Shown here one piece after another: positions 20,601-29,208 of a stretch of DNA of 64,000 nucleotides; positions within the stretch are counted from its first letter, which is position 1, and every line of letters begins with the position of its first letter. The notes beneath the pieces are model-generated. The model ran no database searches. It worked only from the letters and a program-made list of their open reading frames with translations, and had not been told where the DNA came from. The position numbers and the translations under genes are program-made. This stretch comes from Candidatus Heimdallarchaeota archaeon. GTDB lineage: Archaea > Asgardarchaeota > Heimdallarchaeia > Hodarchaeales > Hodarchaeaceae. Where the stretch lies: the NCBI GenBank assembly GCA_020353515.1, contig CP070695.1, positions 1,399,637 to 1,463,636 of the forward strand, in the 5' to 3' direction.

Positions 20601-20960
20601 GCTTTCATGAGGAACTGAGATCAATCCTTGACTTAAAATCACTAAAGAGCTGTGTAGCGCCATTAGTATAAGATTCTCACGAGTATCTTTTACAAATCGT
20701 CCATTAACAATCTGTTTGGCAATATCTGCAGCTAAAAGAAGAGGACTTTCATGCCAAGAGAGATTTGAAGGGAGATATTCTTCTAATTTCGGAATATTTA
20801 GAATTGCTCCTATCTTCGCTTTTGAAGTAAAAGTAAGTTTGGATTCTATTTTGGATTGAGGGTCGAGCTTTCGGGCTCTTGCTTGTGTTGCTAATTGAAC
20901 TTGAGTTTTAAGGACGTTTTTTATATTTTGAAGATATTCTAGAAACTCTTTTTCTATCAT
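17640..20960 (-). CDS. polC: DNA polymerase D large subunit (DP2) homolog, strongly diverged, predicted catalytically inactive
   Basis: ARARKLDP, GGFRLRYGYSRNTG, KDGTSRFD, LGYTHD, RGGTMD, C-terminal CNTC..RRVPL..CPVC identify DP2; the catalytic motif reads KTRNCNGDID instead of KRRNCDGDED. Confidence 0.85.
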   Translation of the reverse strand: MIEKEFLEYLQNIKNVLKTQVQLATQARARKLDPQSKIESKLTFTSKAKIGAILNIPKLEEYLPSNLSWHESPLLLAADIAKQIVNGRFVKDTRENLILMALHSSLVILSQGLISVPHESIPKISIGSKSNHLTIYFSNTVRYVTGETVGLVVLIADYIRHVLHLNRYNPSPELINRYVEEIEIYFKMNDRSWDLRKDLINFLVQNIGVEISGEAYERIEVKKYRNLPNMTNRLRMGMCVAFDKIIDNINSIAHLRLASGIPEWEWLVPPFEGIRRKKHEFGRNEVRGTQPLLSRSGKPGGFRLRYGYSRNTGQGAAGVHPVTMYLSEMMSPGTSIKIDFMERPLTVFPVSTLTGPLVEFKDGSSERIESLTRIIEVESDVTQIWEMGDILLSPDDIPATETIELSAWTEEWWSQEVKRMISSKFRSIEYLANIIRISPIELEKLLSEPTRFQPSPEIALNLSRITEVPIHPFYSFNWNEIAISDLIRLIQKIDSTNEDLLPDDDDLKVILRQLGAPFIIHGSNIQSERFQPFIHSLRGKEEEITQILSEDSAVGIEKVVQELTKIPIRSLCHRRIGLKIIRVEKSEPRHINPPSHILFPIGSHGGTQRNLLKVKKGANVDIQISERFCTTCGESTYVTFCPKCLEETKQQFVCKTGHISDTRNCRECGQYAFPARIKPINVAGIIKSGVQKTGIDDLTKIKGVSFLNSKNRIPEHIIKGILRAKHNLFVYKDGTSRFDQTNAPLTYFTPSEVHSSVEDLLRLGYTHDVFGNDLIQDDQLIEINPFDVIVSKTAGEFLVDLSKFIDDELTFLYELPPYYRINSLNDITGFLIVGLSPFSMVAVIGRIIGYTENNVIYAHPLWHILKTRNCNGDIDSITLLLDVLLNFSMEFVPTLRGGTMDVPAIINLSDEWEETSVYASYDSILMNLSFFNNLIENPLKEELLSYKMSFLKPPLPISHNIDNVSRYNFENLFRESKIVSKIETELRVLSRIRGVKEGEFVDDILVNDFLPKITTSMTRFFLQPVRCNTCNTTFRRVPLSNCPVCHRRTIGLTLSEGWVLRYLQIVNQLKDQYNSDISEYCHSWVELVELNKRLLFEKGPRPTTLI

Positions 20961-20966
20961 TTCCTC

Positions 20967-21689
20967 TCACGATAAAATATGAACACCATTCATCAAGGTT
21001 ACATTAAGTATGCCCAGATTATCTAGGTTGTTTTCCCCCTCAAAGTAATATATGCCAGTATAGTCTGAACTGGAAGAGGGAATAAGATAGTGAGTAGTAT
21101 TAAAGATATAGATTGAAGAAGCATCTACGTTTTCGAGCTGTTTTCCTCTTGATTGTTGAATGATAACTTTATTACCCTGAATTTCAACACGTCCAATAAA
21201 AACAATAGAAAAGGCTTCATCAATGGTGAACGTAGACGAGACAGCACTCATCCTCAAATGCAGTTCTGCTTGAATCTGACTAGAATAAACAGTTCCGAAG
21301 CTGTCTGATACATTCCCATAAGGAGCTAATTGTGCGCTAAGATTGAAGTTGTGATTAGATAATTGGAATTCTGAAGTAACCCCTCTCGCAGAGTAGAGTG
21401 TTTCGATTCCATTTAAAAAATCATTTATTCTAGTGATGGCTGTACTGGGAGTCAATGTTGTACCATTCTCAGAGTATTCAGTTAAAATTAGTTCCAAGTA
21501 ATTCTGAATTTCACGTTTTGAGTCCAAGTATGGTTCTCGTAAGGTTTCCCGATCAAATTCGATTCTTTCGGCTCCAAGATTCATCAAAGCAGAGGTCATC
21601 ATTACAACATAAACAGCTATTAACATCGTTGCTAAGATGAACATCTGACCTCTATGTTTTTTCGAGTATTTGAATCCTGGAATTCCCAT
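20967..21689 (-). CDS. Pilin-like protein (class III signal peptide)
   Basis: KKHRG|QMFILATMLIAVYVVM: basic residues, G|Q cleavage site, hydrophobic helix. Confidence 0.75.
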   Translation of the reverse strand: MGIPGFKYSKKHRGQMFILATMLIAVYVVMMTSALMNLGAERIEFDRETLREPYLDSKREIQNYLELILTEYSENGTTLTPSTAITRINDFLNGIETLYSARGVTSEFQLSNHNFNLSAQLAPYGNVSDSFGTVYSSQIQAELHLRMSAVSSTFTIDEAFSIVFIGRVEIQGNKVIIQQSRGKQLENVDASSIYIFNTTHYLIPSSSSDYTGIYYFEGENNLDNLGILNVTLMNGVHILS

Positions 21690-22205
21690 CTAGAATTTCT
21701 CCCATAAATATAGTTGTACCAGATATTGCGTAGTATATTGCCCAAACGTGGCTGAAGTAAACGAACCTAAATGGTAATTCGCCACAACTCCTTTTCCTCC
21801 TTGTTGGAGTGCAACAAGGGCTGTTGAAGACCCAATAACGCTAAAAAAATCTTCATTAATTGTACCATTAACTATTTCATGAGCAATTAGGGCATAGTCA
21901 ATATTTTTAGACACTATAGTAGTAATATATTCATTCAGTAGATTTTTGTAACTTAAAAATTCCTGTTCATATCTAGTGTCTCCATAAAGATATATAACAG
22001 GTCTTAATAATCCTGCTTCATCTGAAGCTGCAAGAATATCTGTTGCTGTTTGATCCAAACCAGTAAGATTTGAATAAGACGATAAGGTCTGATTTGTTGC
22101 CCCTATCAATAGAAGAGCAAGAACAAGCATTAATGCTACTGAAACAAGTGTTTCTGCAATCTGTAGTTGTCCTCTATGTTTATTCATTTGTTCTATTTGC
22201 TCCAT
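21690..22205 (-). CDS. Pilin-like protein (class III signal peptide)
   Basis: MNKHRG|QLQIAETLVSVALMLVLALLLI; the true start may be the second Met. Confidence 0.75.
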   Translation of the reverse strand: MEQIEQMNKHRGQLQIAETLVSVALMLVLALLLIGATNQTLSSYSNLTGLDQTATDILAASDEAGLLRPVIYLYGDTRYEQEFLSYKNLLNEYITTIVSKNIDYALIAHEIVNGTINEDFFSVIGSSTALVALQQGGKGVVANYHLGSFTSATFGQYTTQYLVQLYLWEKF

Positions 22206-23353
22206 AAGGTTAATTGACAGCTCATTAACGTACCTCTGACAATAATGGGATAGAATTTTGATAACATTGATTTTGTTCTGGTACCAGGAATTTCTTCTCC
22301 AAATACCTGGTTAAATATCCCACCAGTCGAAACACGATCAAGAATCACAGGATATGATCCTATTTTTACTTGATACTGGTTATCAGTTATAGCAATACTG
22401 AGAAAGGCAACCAAACCTTCATTCGGAATTGAAACTGTCTCATTGCCATACGAGGCTGTTTCTAAATTTATAGTTTTTTTCGAGTAGCCCGATGTGGTAT
22501 TTTGATATATGATAGAGAGAAAATGCGAATCAGGACTTATTGGTAAATTATCTGATGCTAAAAAACTAGTAGAATTGATACCTCCTCCCCAAATAGTTGT
22601 ACTTGAAGATGGACCAATGAAAACTACTTCAGAAGTTGGATCATTGAAACTCCAGTTCATACACCAAAGAGGACCTTTTTCTACAATGATAAATACTATA
22701 TGTTCTCCCCCTGGGACATTTTCAGTGGGATTTGATAGCTGGAGAGAAGTTTCTCCGTTGGAATTAGTTAATGTTGCTCCTTCAGGAATCACATTGCCAT
22801 TAGTCAGATCAATGGTAAAGAAATTAACTAAAGCATCTGCAATAGATATATTATAAAGATTTTTTACATTTACTTGAGCGAAATTTGTAGAAGAAGCATT
22901 TACTTCTGCATTTAATAAAGGATAGAATCCTAATCGGAAATTAAAATCCCTATCTAAACCGATTGTCTCCTTAAGAGTGTCATAATCAAACATTGTGTAT
23001 CCTGATACACCAGATGAATCCTTAAACGTTAATCGCGCTATTTTTGCACTATCTAAAACAAGATATGACTGTGCATTACTATCCGCTAGGCCAAAAGATG
23101 CTGGAAGTGATTGATGATAGCCCCAATCAAGATCTCCATCCTCAAAAAGTAATTGACGACCTAAGATATCTAACTCCTCATAGGTTATGATTTCCCTTGA
23201 ACTGGTATTTATACCTGTTTGTACATTAATAACAAGTAAAATTAACTGCGATAACATAAGTAAGAAGAGAAAAAGACTCACAACAAAGTCGACAGCTCTA
23301 ATCTGTCCACGGCGTCGTTTTTTAAGTCTTGGAAAGTTCATCTTGTTACCCAT
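22193..23353 (-). CDS. Large minor pilin-like protein (class III signal peptide)
   Basis: KKRRRG|QIRAVDFVVSLFLFLLML followed by a beta-rich N/S/T-rich domain. Confidence 0.75.
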   Translation of the reverse strand: MGNKMNFPRLKKRRRGQIRAVDFVVSLFLFLLMLSQLILLVINVQTGINTSSREIITYEELDILGRQLLFEDGDLDWGYHQSLPASFGLADSNAQSYLVLDSAKIARLTFKDSSGVSGYTMFDYDTLKETIGLDRDFNFRLGFYPLLNAEVNASSTNFAQVNVKNLYNISIADALVNFFTIDLTNGNVIPEGATLTNSNGETSLQLSNPTENVPGGEHIVFIIVEKGPLWCMNWSFNDPTSEVVFIGPSSSTTIWGGGINSTSFLASDNLPISPDSHFLSIIYQNTTSGYSKKTINLETASYGNETVSIPNEGLVAFLSIAITDNQYQVKIGSYPVILDRVSTGGIFNQVFGEEIPGTRTKSMLSKFYPIIVRGTLMSCQLTLWSK

Positions 23354-23383
23354 TTATCGATGTAAATAATCCATTTAAACTCG

Positions 23384-23839
23384 CTAAGATATGACATCCT
23401 CGGTAGAAGAACCAACATTCGCGACCTCAAGTTGAATAACTATCTCTTGGATACGATCTTTTAATTCTAACATTGTTGTTTCCAATTCTGTCAATTGTAA
23501 TCCCTTCTCTAAGAGAGAGGTGGCTTGTGAAATTAGTTCATCAGCTTTCTGGGTTTTATCTGTCTTCATTGTTGAGGTTAGCTCTGTTAAATTATTCATT
23601 TTTTTCATAATTTCGGAGATATTGTTTTCAATTTCAGAGATTCTTTTTTCCAGAGGGGCTAGATCAACTTCAACAGGACCAGCTTGAGGAGCAGATACAG
23701 ATTTTAAGGCTGGAGATTTGGGTGTTGCTCCACCTGTTCCCATCCCCTGAACCATCAAAAACTCCATATTGGTTAGTTTATCTTCTAGAGCTGAAACTTT
23801 ATCTAGTAATTCTGTGAGCATTTTTTCTTCTTTTCCCAT
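23384..23839 (-). CDS. Cytoplasmic coiled-coil protein within pilus operon
   Basis: Two heptad-rich segments separated by a G/P/A linker; no TM or signal peptide; 23-30 bp from neighbours. Confidence 0.65.
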   Translation of the reverse strand: MGKEEKMLTELLDKVSALEDKLTNMEFLMVQGMGTGGATPKSPALKSVSAPQAGPVEVDLAPLEKRISEIENNISEIMKKMNNLTELTSTMKTDKTQKADELISQATSLLEKGLQLTELETTMLELKDRIQEIVIQLEVANVGSSTEDVIS

Positions 23840-23862
23840 GAAAATCGACCTCGAATTACATA

Positions 23863-24861
23863 TTATACCAGACCAAATAGTGAGAAAATCTGTGAGATAA
23901 TATCTGCTATTAGGATCTTAAAGATCACGTAGCAAATTATTAAAAGAATACAGGAATATTTTAGTCCAAGATTTGCATTTCCTTGCCCCATCTTACCTGC
24001 TATGAGACCTGCAAATATTGCTTCAACAACCATTAAATGGAAGAAGATTAATTGCATTCCTGCAACATTAAATGGCAATGCTGCTGTTAATGGTTGTTCT
24101 TCTGATACTGCTTCTACCATGTTAAGAGCTAAGGTTTGGAAGAAGGAAATGAGTAAAATGATCATCACTAACGAGAAGACGATATATGAAACAAAAATTA
24201 TCCAAGTGAATGGTTTCATCGACCCAAGACGTTCCCTTTTTAATCCAAGAACTTCTGATACGTGTCTATGAGCAGAATCGAATACATCCTCAATGGCTCC
24301 TCCTGAACGTTCAGCCTCTAAGATTAATAGTGATGTTCTTCTCATCAGGGGAGTATCTGTAATTTCCGTTAAACTTCGAAGTGTTTTACTAAAAGGGATT
24401 CCCCAACTGATCTTGGCTGCCATTTTTTTCAATTCAGGAGTAAGAGCTCCGTAATTGTGCTTACTTGCTGACATGATTGCCCTTGGCAATGGAAGACCAG
24501 TCTTTTGAGCGTCAGAAACCTCACGTAACAAGGATGGGATATTTTCATCAATGTTGTCACGCCATTTTTGGTCGGAATGATATGCCCAAGCTGGAATAAC
24601 AATTAAGACAAGAATAGCTACAACAGTTATGTCAATAACATCAAAGAAATTGACAATTGGATCTCTGATAACCTCACTTACTTTGTCAAGATAACTGTTA
24701 TCCATTGGATCTCCCTCTTCTTTTATGGGAGGTTCTACTGGAAAAATGTGATTTAAAACTGGGATATAAAAGTAGAAAAAGGCTGTTCCAGATGCTATTA
24801 TGAAGAAAAGTATCGATATAATCCAGATCCACCGTTCACGTTTTTTTGTTAATTTTCCCAT
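23863..24861 (-). CDS. Type II secretion F-family / TadC-FlaJ-like pilus platform protein
   Basis: IPSLLREVSDAQKTGLPL, YGALTPEL, ISWG, EAERSGG, FAGLIAGKMG; several TMs. Confidence 0.88.
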   Translation of the reverse strand: MGKLTKKRERWIWIISILFFIIASGTAFFYFYIPVLNHIFPVEPPIKEEGDPMDNSYLDKVSEVIRDPIVNFFDVIDITVVAILVLIVIPAWAYHSDQKWRDNIDENIPSLLREVSDAQKTGLPLPRAIMSASKHNYGALTPELKKMAAKISWGIPFSKTLRSLTEITDTPLMRRTSLLILEAERSGGAIEDVFDSAHRHVSEVLGLKRERLGSMKPFTWIIFVSYIVFSLVMIILLISFFQTLALNMVEAVSEEQPLTAALPFNVAGMQLIFFHLMVVEAIFAGLIAGKMGQGNANLGLKYSCILLIICYVIFKILIADIISQIFSLFGLV

Positions 24862-24882
24862 TGCTTGTAACCTCTTTTTCTA

Positions 24883-25791
24883 CTAAACCTCTCGTGAAAT
24901 CGTAGAGATCAACAAAATCATTACAACTAGCAAAATAGGCATTATTAAGTAAGTTAATAGCAACATTATGACAGTTAAAATTTCTATCTCTGGTGAAATA
25001 ACAGCAAGAATTGCGATAATAACAACAAAAAACAAAGGAGCAACCACTCCTAAAATCATAAATATTTCCGCTAATATTCCTAACTGCTCAATGAACTCCT
25101 TAGTTTCCTCTTCCTTCATTTTCATTAAAGCTTTTGCTTCAGCAGAGAGATAAAAGGTTAAATCTCCTCCACTTGTGACCGTTGCTGACATTCCATCTAA
25201 AAATTTAGAAAATCGTTCGGAAGGGGATCTTTCACTTGCAGTACGTAACGCCTTTAGAATGTCATATCCAAAGATTTCGATATCCCTTGTAATTCGCTTA
25301 CTCTCTTTAGAGATTTCTGGAGCAACTGAGGCTTCTCCTGCGAGTGAATAAAACAATCTGTTTGGAGGGACTCCTGAACTCGACATAGCGGAAAGATATG
25401 AAGCAGTAGAAGGTAATCCTGACTCTATCAATATTTTACGATCAGCGGCCTTCATCTGTGGCCAATAGAGGAATGGTAGATATGCAACAATGCTTATTAT
25501 TACCCCAATGACTATTCCAAGTAAGATGGACGGAAAAAGCTGATTTTGAATATTTGCAGCTTGAAGCAATAGTATACTGGTTGTTATAATGATAAAAGAC
25601 AAAATTCCCACAAGAATCGAACTAAAAATGGCACTTCCTAGATAAGCACGAACAGAAATATCCATACCTGCTTTTTTTAGACTTGTATTTAGTCTTTCAA
25701 AGCGTCCTTTTTCAATCCAGGGTTCAAGAAATCTGCCAAATCTGAGATAACCGACTCTTCTAATGACCTTACTCACAAGTAAACACTCCAA
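24883..25791 (-). CDS. Type II secretion F-family / TadB-FlaJ-like pilus platform protein
   Basis: LKKAGM, LPSTASYLSAMSSSG, GYDILKAL, SPSERF, SGGDL; several TMs. Confidence 0.88.
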   Translation of the reverse strand: MECLLVSKVIRRVGYLRFGRFLEPWIEKGRFERLNTSLKKAGMDISVRAYLGSAIFSSILVGILSFIIITTSILLLQAANIQNQLFPSILLGIVIGVIISIVAYLPFLYWPQMKAADRKILIESGLPSTASYLSAMSSSGVPPNRLFYSLAGEASVAPEISKESKRITRDIEIFGYDILKALRTASERSPSERFSKFLDGMSATVTSGGDLTFYLSAEAKALMKMKEEETKEFIEQLGILAEIFMILGVVAPLFFVVIIAILAVISPEIEILTVIMLLLTYLIMPILLVVMILLISTISREV

Positions 25792-25797
25792 ATGATC

Positions 25798-27306
25798 TTA
25801 AATTGCTTTTAACTCTCTTTTTGCACGATCAACTGTTTCAAGAGCACTCTGGTAATAACTGTTAATTACTTCAGACACCTGAGAAAAATGGGCTAACTTC
25901 TTTTTAACCATCCACCTTAAGATGGTTTTTCTGCGCTCAAGTTCATCGAAAACTTGGGCCTCAGTCAAACCTTGAGCTTCTTGAATACCTTCTAAGGCGT
26001 AGGATCGGCCATAGTTGATAAATGCATCCTCACGAGCATTCCATCCAAAAACTTTGTTCGTTATCAATTCTGTCGTTACAGGATCTATTCCTACGATTTC
26101 AGTGCATTCGATCACTCGTCGTACTTGTTTGTCACCACGACGGACCTTTCGAAGGACGAGAAGGATATTTAAGGTTTGAATTAAAGTTCTTGGAATATTC
26201 ATTGGTTCATTCTCTAGACGTCTAATAGTTCCAGTTACGCTATCACCGTGAATTGTCCCCATTCCAGTGTGACCAGTAGCCATTGCTTGAAAGAGATTAT
26301 ACGCTTCTGCTCCTCGTACTTCTCCAACAAAAAGGTAATCTGGTCTTTGGCGAAGTGCTGCACGTAGAAGGTCATACATTGAGACTTCTCCTCGACGAGT
26401 TCCATCAGCTTCACGCCCTCCATAACCTTCTCGTGCCACAGCAGGAATCCAGTTTTCATGGGGAATATGAAGTTCTGCTGTGTCTTCAATCGAAACGATT
26501 TTCATTCCAGGTCTGATATACATAGCGAGACTATTGAGGAGCGATGTTTTTCCTGCTGCTGTACCTCCTGCAATAACAATGGAATTTCTATTTTCTAAGA
26601 TATACCATAAGAACGCAGCCAAATCCTCATCAATGGTGTTAAAAATTACCATATCTGTTATTGTTAATGGATCAGATCGAAATTTTCTGATAGTAAAAGT
26701 ACTCCCTCGCTGGGTTACCTCACGACCATAGGTAAGCTGAAGTCGGCTGCCATCTGGTAATGCAGCATCTAGTAAAGGTCTCGCTACACTGATATGGCGT
26801 CCAGCTCGTTGAGCTAATTTGATGATAAATGCATCCAAGTTGTCCTCCTCCTCAAATTTAACATTTGTTTGGATACTTTCAAATTTCCGGTGCCAAATAT
26901 AAACAGGAATTCCTACTCCATCACAAGATATATCTTCGACATTGTGGTCCTTTAGCATTGCATCAATCGGACCGAATCCGACGAAATCACGAGTAATATG
27001 ATAATTAATCTTATCGAAGGTTTTCTCATCTAATTTTAGTCCATAATCTTTAGCAATTCTAATTACCTTAGATCTAAGGTAATCACGTGCAACCTCAGGA
27101 TTTTTAAGGACATTGAAATCTACATCCAATTCTTCTTCGAGAATATTTTTAATCATATCTAAGATTTCTTTCTCTTTAGTGCTTAAAGGAACTTCAACAA
27201 CAGTATATTTAGTCTGTTTGGTTTCAGGGTCGGTTGCAACCAACGCATAACTGAAGGGGGGGATTAATGGATATGTCTCTCGAATTAGACTACTTGATTC
27301 TGCCAT
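25798..27306 (-). CDS. Type II/IV secretion ATPase (VirB11/FlaI/TadA family)
   Basis: VEDISCDG, DAALPDGSRLQ, FTIRKF, GGTAAGKTS (Walker A), SIEDTAE, LRQRPD..VGEVRG.EA (Walker B), TGH..GTIH. Confidence 0.95.
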   Translation of the reverse strand: MAESSSLIRETYPLIPPFSYALVATDPETKQTKYTVVEVPLSTKEKEILDMIKNILEEELDVDFNVLKNPEVARDYLRSKVIRIAKDYGLKLDEKTFDKINYHITRDFVGFGPIDAMLKDHNVEDISCDGVGIPVYIWHRKFESIQTNVKFEEEDNLDAFIIKLAQRAGRHISVARPLLDAALPDGSRLQLTYGREVTQRGSTFTIRKFRSDPLTITDMVIFNTIDEDLAAFLWYILENRNSIVIAGGTAAGKTSLLNSLAMYIRPGMKIVSIEDTAELHIPHENWIPAVAREGYGGREADGTRRGEVSMYDLLRAALRQRPDYLFVGEVRGAEAYNLFQAMATGHTGMGTIHGDSVTGTIRRLENEPMNIPRTLIQTLNILLVLRKVRRGDKQVRRVIECTEIVGIDPVTTELITNKVFGWNAREDAFINYGRSYALEGIQEAQGLTEAQVFDELERRKTILRWMVKKKLAHFSQVSEVINSYYQSALETVDRAKRELKAI

Positions 27307-27449
27307 TTATTTGTAGCTCCTACTTTTTTTCTCTTCTAGATCCAAGAGTGATGTTTTTTTTTAGATTATTTTTTCCTAGGTAAATATTTCCTACTGATAA
27401 TATTTTTTTGATTTGGATAAAGGTAATCATAACTTTTAGTTTAATCTAC

Positions 27450-27902
27450 TCAAGAAATGGTTATTACGATATTATTTCCGTTTTTTTCTATATGTAAGGC
27501 CAATAGAGTATTTACACTTTCAAATATTGAATCTGATGTTTCAATAATGTATTTTGGGGCCACTGTAAAGATTTTTATCTGATCAACGTCTCCATTCGAG
27601 GAAAAACCGTGTAAAATGATCTGATTGTCAGAGGAGTTATAGATCTCAATAGAATACGGAGACATTTCCCCTATGACAGCTGGTAGTTCTAGTTGTTGTT
27701 CGATCAACTGACTACCGTCTGTTGAAAGAAGTAGTGATTGCTGAATTTGTTTTTGAATTAAATCAAGAATTCGTGTCATTTCCACATCTGCAATATTCTC
27801 CCGAAATTGGTCGCTTAATGTTAAGAACATGAGATTTGTGATAATAACCATGTTCAAACCAAGAATAAAGATAACAATAAATGTGATATATTGAGATGCC
27901 AT
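27450..27902 (-). CDS. Pilin-like / single-TM accessory protein of pilus locus
   Basis: MASQYITFIVIFILGLNMV N-terminal hydrophobic helix, LELPAVIG..Y.I pattern; lies between pilin and ATPase; no basic leader. Confidence 0.55.
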   Translation of the reverse strand: MASQYITFIVIFILGLNMVIITNLMFLTLSDQFRENIADVEMTRILDLIQKQIQQSLLLSTDGSQLIEQQLELPAVIGEMSPYSIEIYNSSDNQIILHGFSSNGDVDQIKIFTVAPKYIIETSDSIFESVNTLLALHIEKNGNNIVITIS

Positions 27903-27928
27903 ATATTATTCCACGATTTTTGTATTAT

Positions 27929-28870
27929 TTAAGATGTTGAGAGACCTACTTCATATACTAATGTTTGAACCACAATATTGAAGTATTGAAGATTAAGCCC
28001 TTGTATGGTTTGTGTACTCCAAATGGATGTAGTTAATGTTCCTGATGGTTGAGCATTATCCCAAACTAATTCTAAAGCTCCAATTGAGCTGTCTTCTGGT
28101 AAAGTATATGGAGTAGAATAGCTATTATAAGAATGAATTGTAATATGTTGATATTGGCTTCGAATAGCTTCAAAATCCGCCGAAAGCAGGATCAAAAAGA
28201 CCTCAAAGCGTATTTCGGGATCTGGTTGGGTTGAAATAGTTAAATAAATAGATATTCGATAGTTCAATGTTACATGGTGTCTTCTATCATCGAGATGGCT
28301 TAAAGTAAGGTTAGTTAGATCGAGATAATCAGTTGAGGAAAAAGTACCTGAAACAAAAATTGGATCACGAATTTTATAGGGGTCTGGTCCTGTTAAATAT
28401 TTCGTGGTTCCACGAGGAATGACAGCTCTCGGACTGTTATAGGTCCAATCTAGCACTCCGATCGTTAGAAATCCAGTGATATCATCAGTTAAATCTTCAA
28501 ATAGGTTATATACGAGGTTTTCATCTTGATCAAGCAACCTTAATCGATAAGAATATCGTGCAGGATCAAATTCAACCCGGCCAGCAGGTTTATTAAAGAG
28601 AACAGTCCGAAAACCTCCAGGAGCACCACTTTCACTTATCAAGGATTTTATTGTTGTATCCAACTCTAAGAAACTATTACTAGTTGTTGCTATCGCTTCT
28701 TCACTCTGAGCCTGTTGTATATATGGGACAACTTGAACGAAAGTGATCATGACTCCTGTAATGATTAGACCGAATATGATAACTGTCGCTAGAACAGGAG
28801 AAACACCACGTGTTGTCCGAAAAATTGGGTTAGTTTTTAGTTTCAGGTTAGTGATAATAGCTTTATTCAA
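27929..28870 (-). CDS. Archaeal type IV pilin (archaellin/pilin N-terminal-like)
   Basis: RTTRG|VSPVLATVIIFGLII matches the typical (K/R)G|VSPVIA archaeal pilin N-terminus. Confidence 0.85.
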   Translation of the reverse strand: MNKAIITNLKLKTNPIFRTTRGVSPVLATVIIFGLIITGVMITFVQVVPYIQQAQSEEAIATTSNSFLELDTTIKSLISESGAPGGFRTVLFNKPAGRVEFDPARYSYRLRLLDQDENLVYNLFEDLTDDITGFLTIGVLDWTYNSPRAVIPRGTTKYLTGPDPYKIRDPIFVSGTFSSTDYLDLTNLTLSHLDDRRHHVTLNYRISIYLTISTQPDPEIRFEVFLILLSADFEAIRSQYQHITIHSYNSYSTPYTLPEDSSIGALELVWDNAQPSGTLTTSIWSTQTIQGLNLQYFNIVVQTLVYEVGLSTS

Positions 28871-29208
28871 GTTCGATCCCTTTCTATCGTTTTAAATGCA
28901 TAATCACTATAAACAAGTCATTCTTCACGGATATATTATCAAAGATGTAATGATTTAAGGATTTTTGTATTCCCCAGAAAATTACTACACATTCTAAATT
29001 AACTCTTCTAAAGGGCAAAAAAATTCTTGTAAAGAATTAAGGGGAAGCCATAAAGAATTTACTCCAAAGAATAGAAAAGTCTTTCATAAAATTTCCTATT
29101 TTGTTTTATTCCTCAAAAGCAGAAAAGATTTAAGGAGTTCATAGGTTCAAAAAAATGACTTTTCTCAATAATCCTATGAGAGAATCTCCCTCTAAAACTG
29201 GTATGATA

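Noticed and set aside
17640-20960. DP2 as a decaying pseudogene or intein-containing gene
   Set aside because: Uninterrupted 1106-aa frame with Zn ligands retained and no intein-sized insertion.
21687-21692. TAG immediately followed by in-frame ATG between two pilin genes (possible pyrrolysine readthrough fusion)
   Set aside because: The downstream gene has its own class III signal peptide and no pyl genes are visible; translational coupling is enough to explain it.
20967-28870. Archaellum operon
   Set aside because: No FlaH, FlaF/G, FlaC/D/E or chemotaxis genes, and the platform is split in two.
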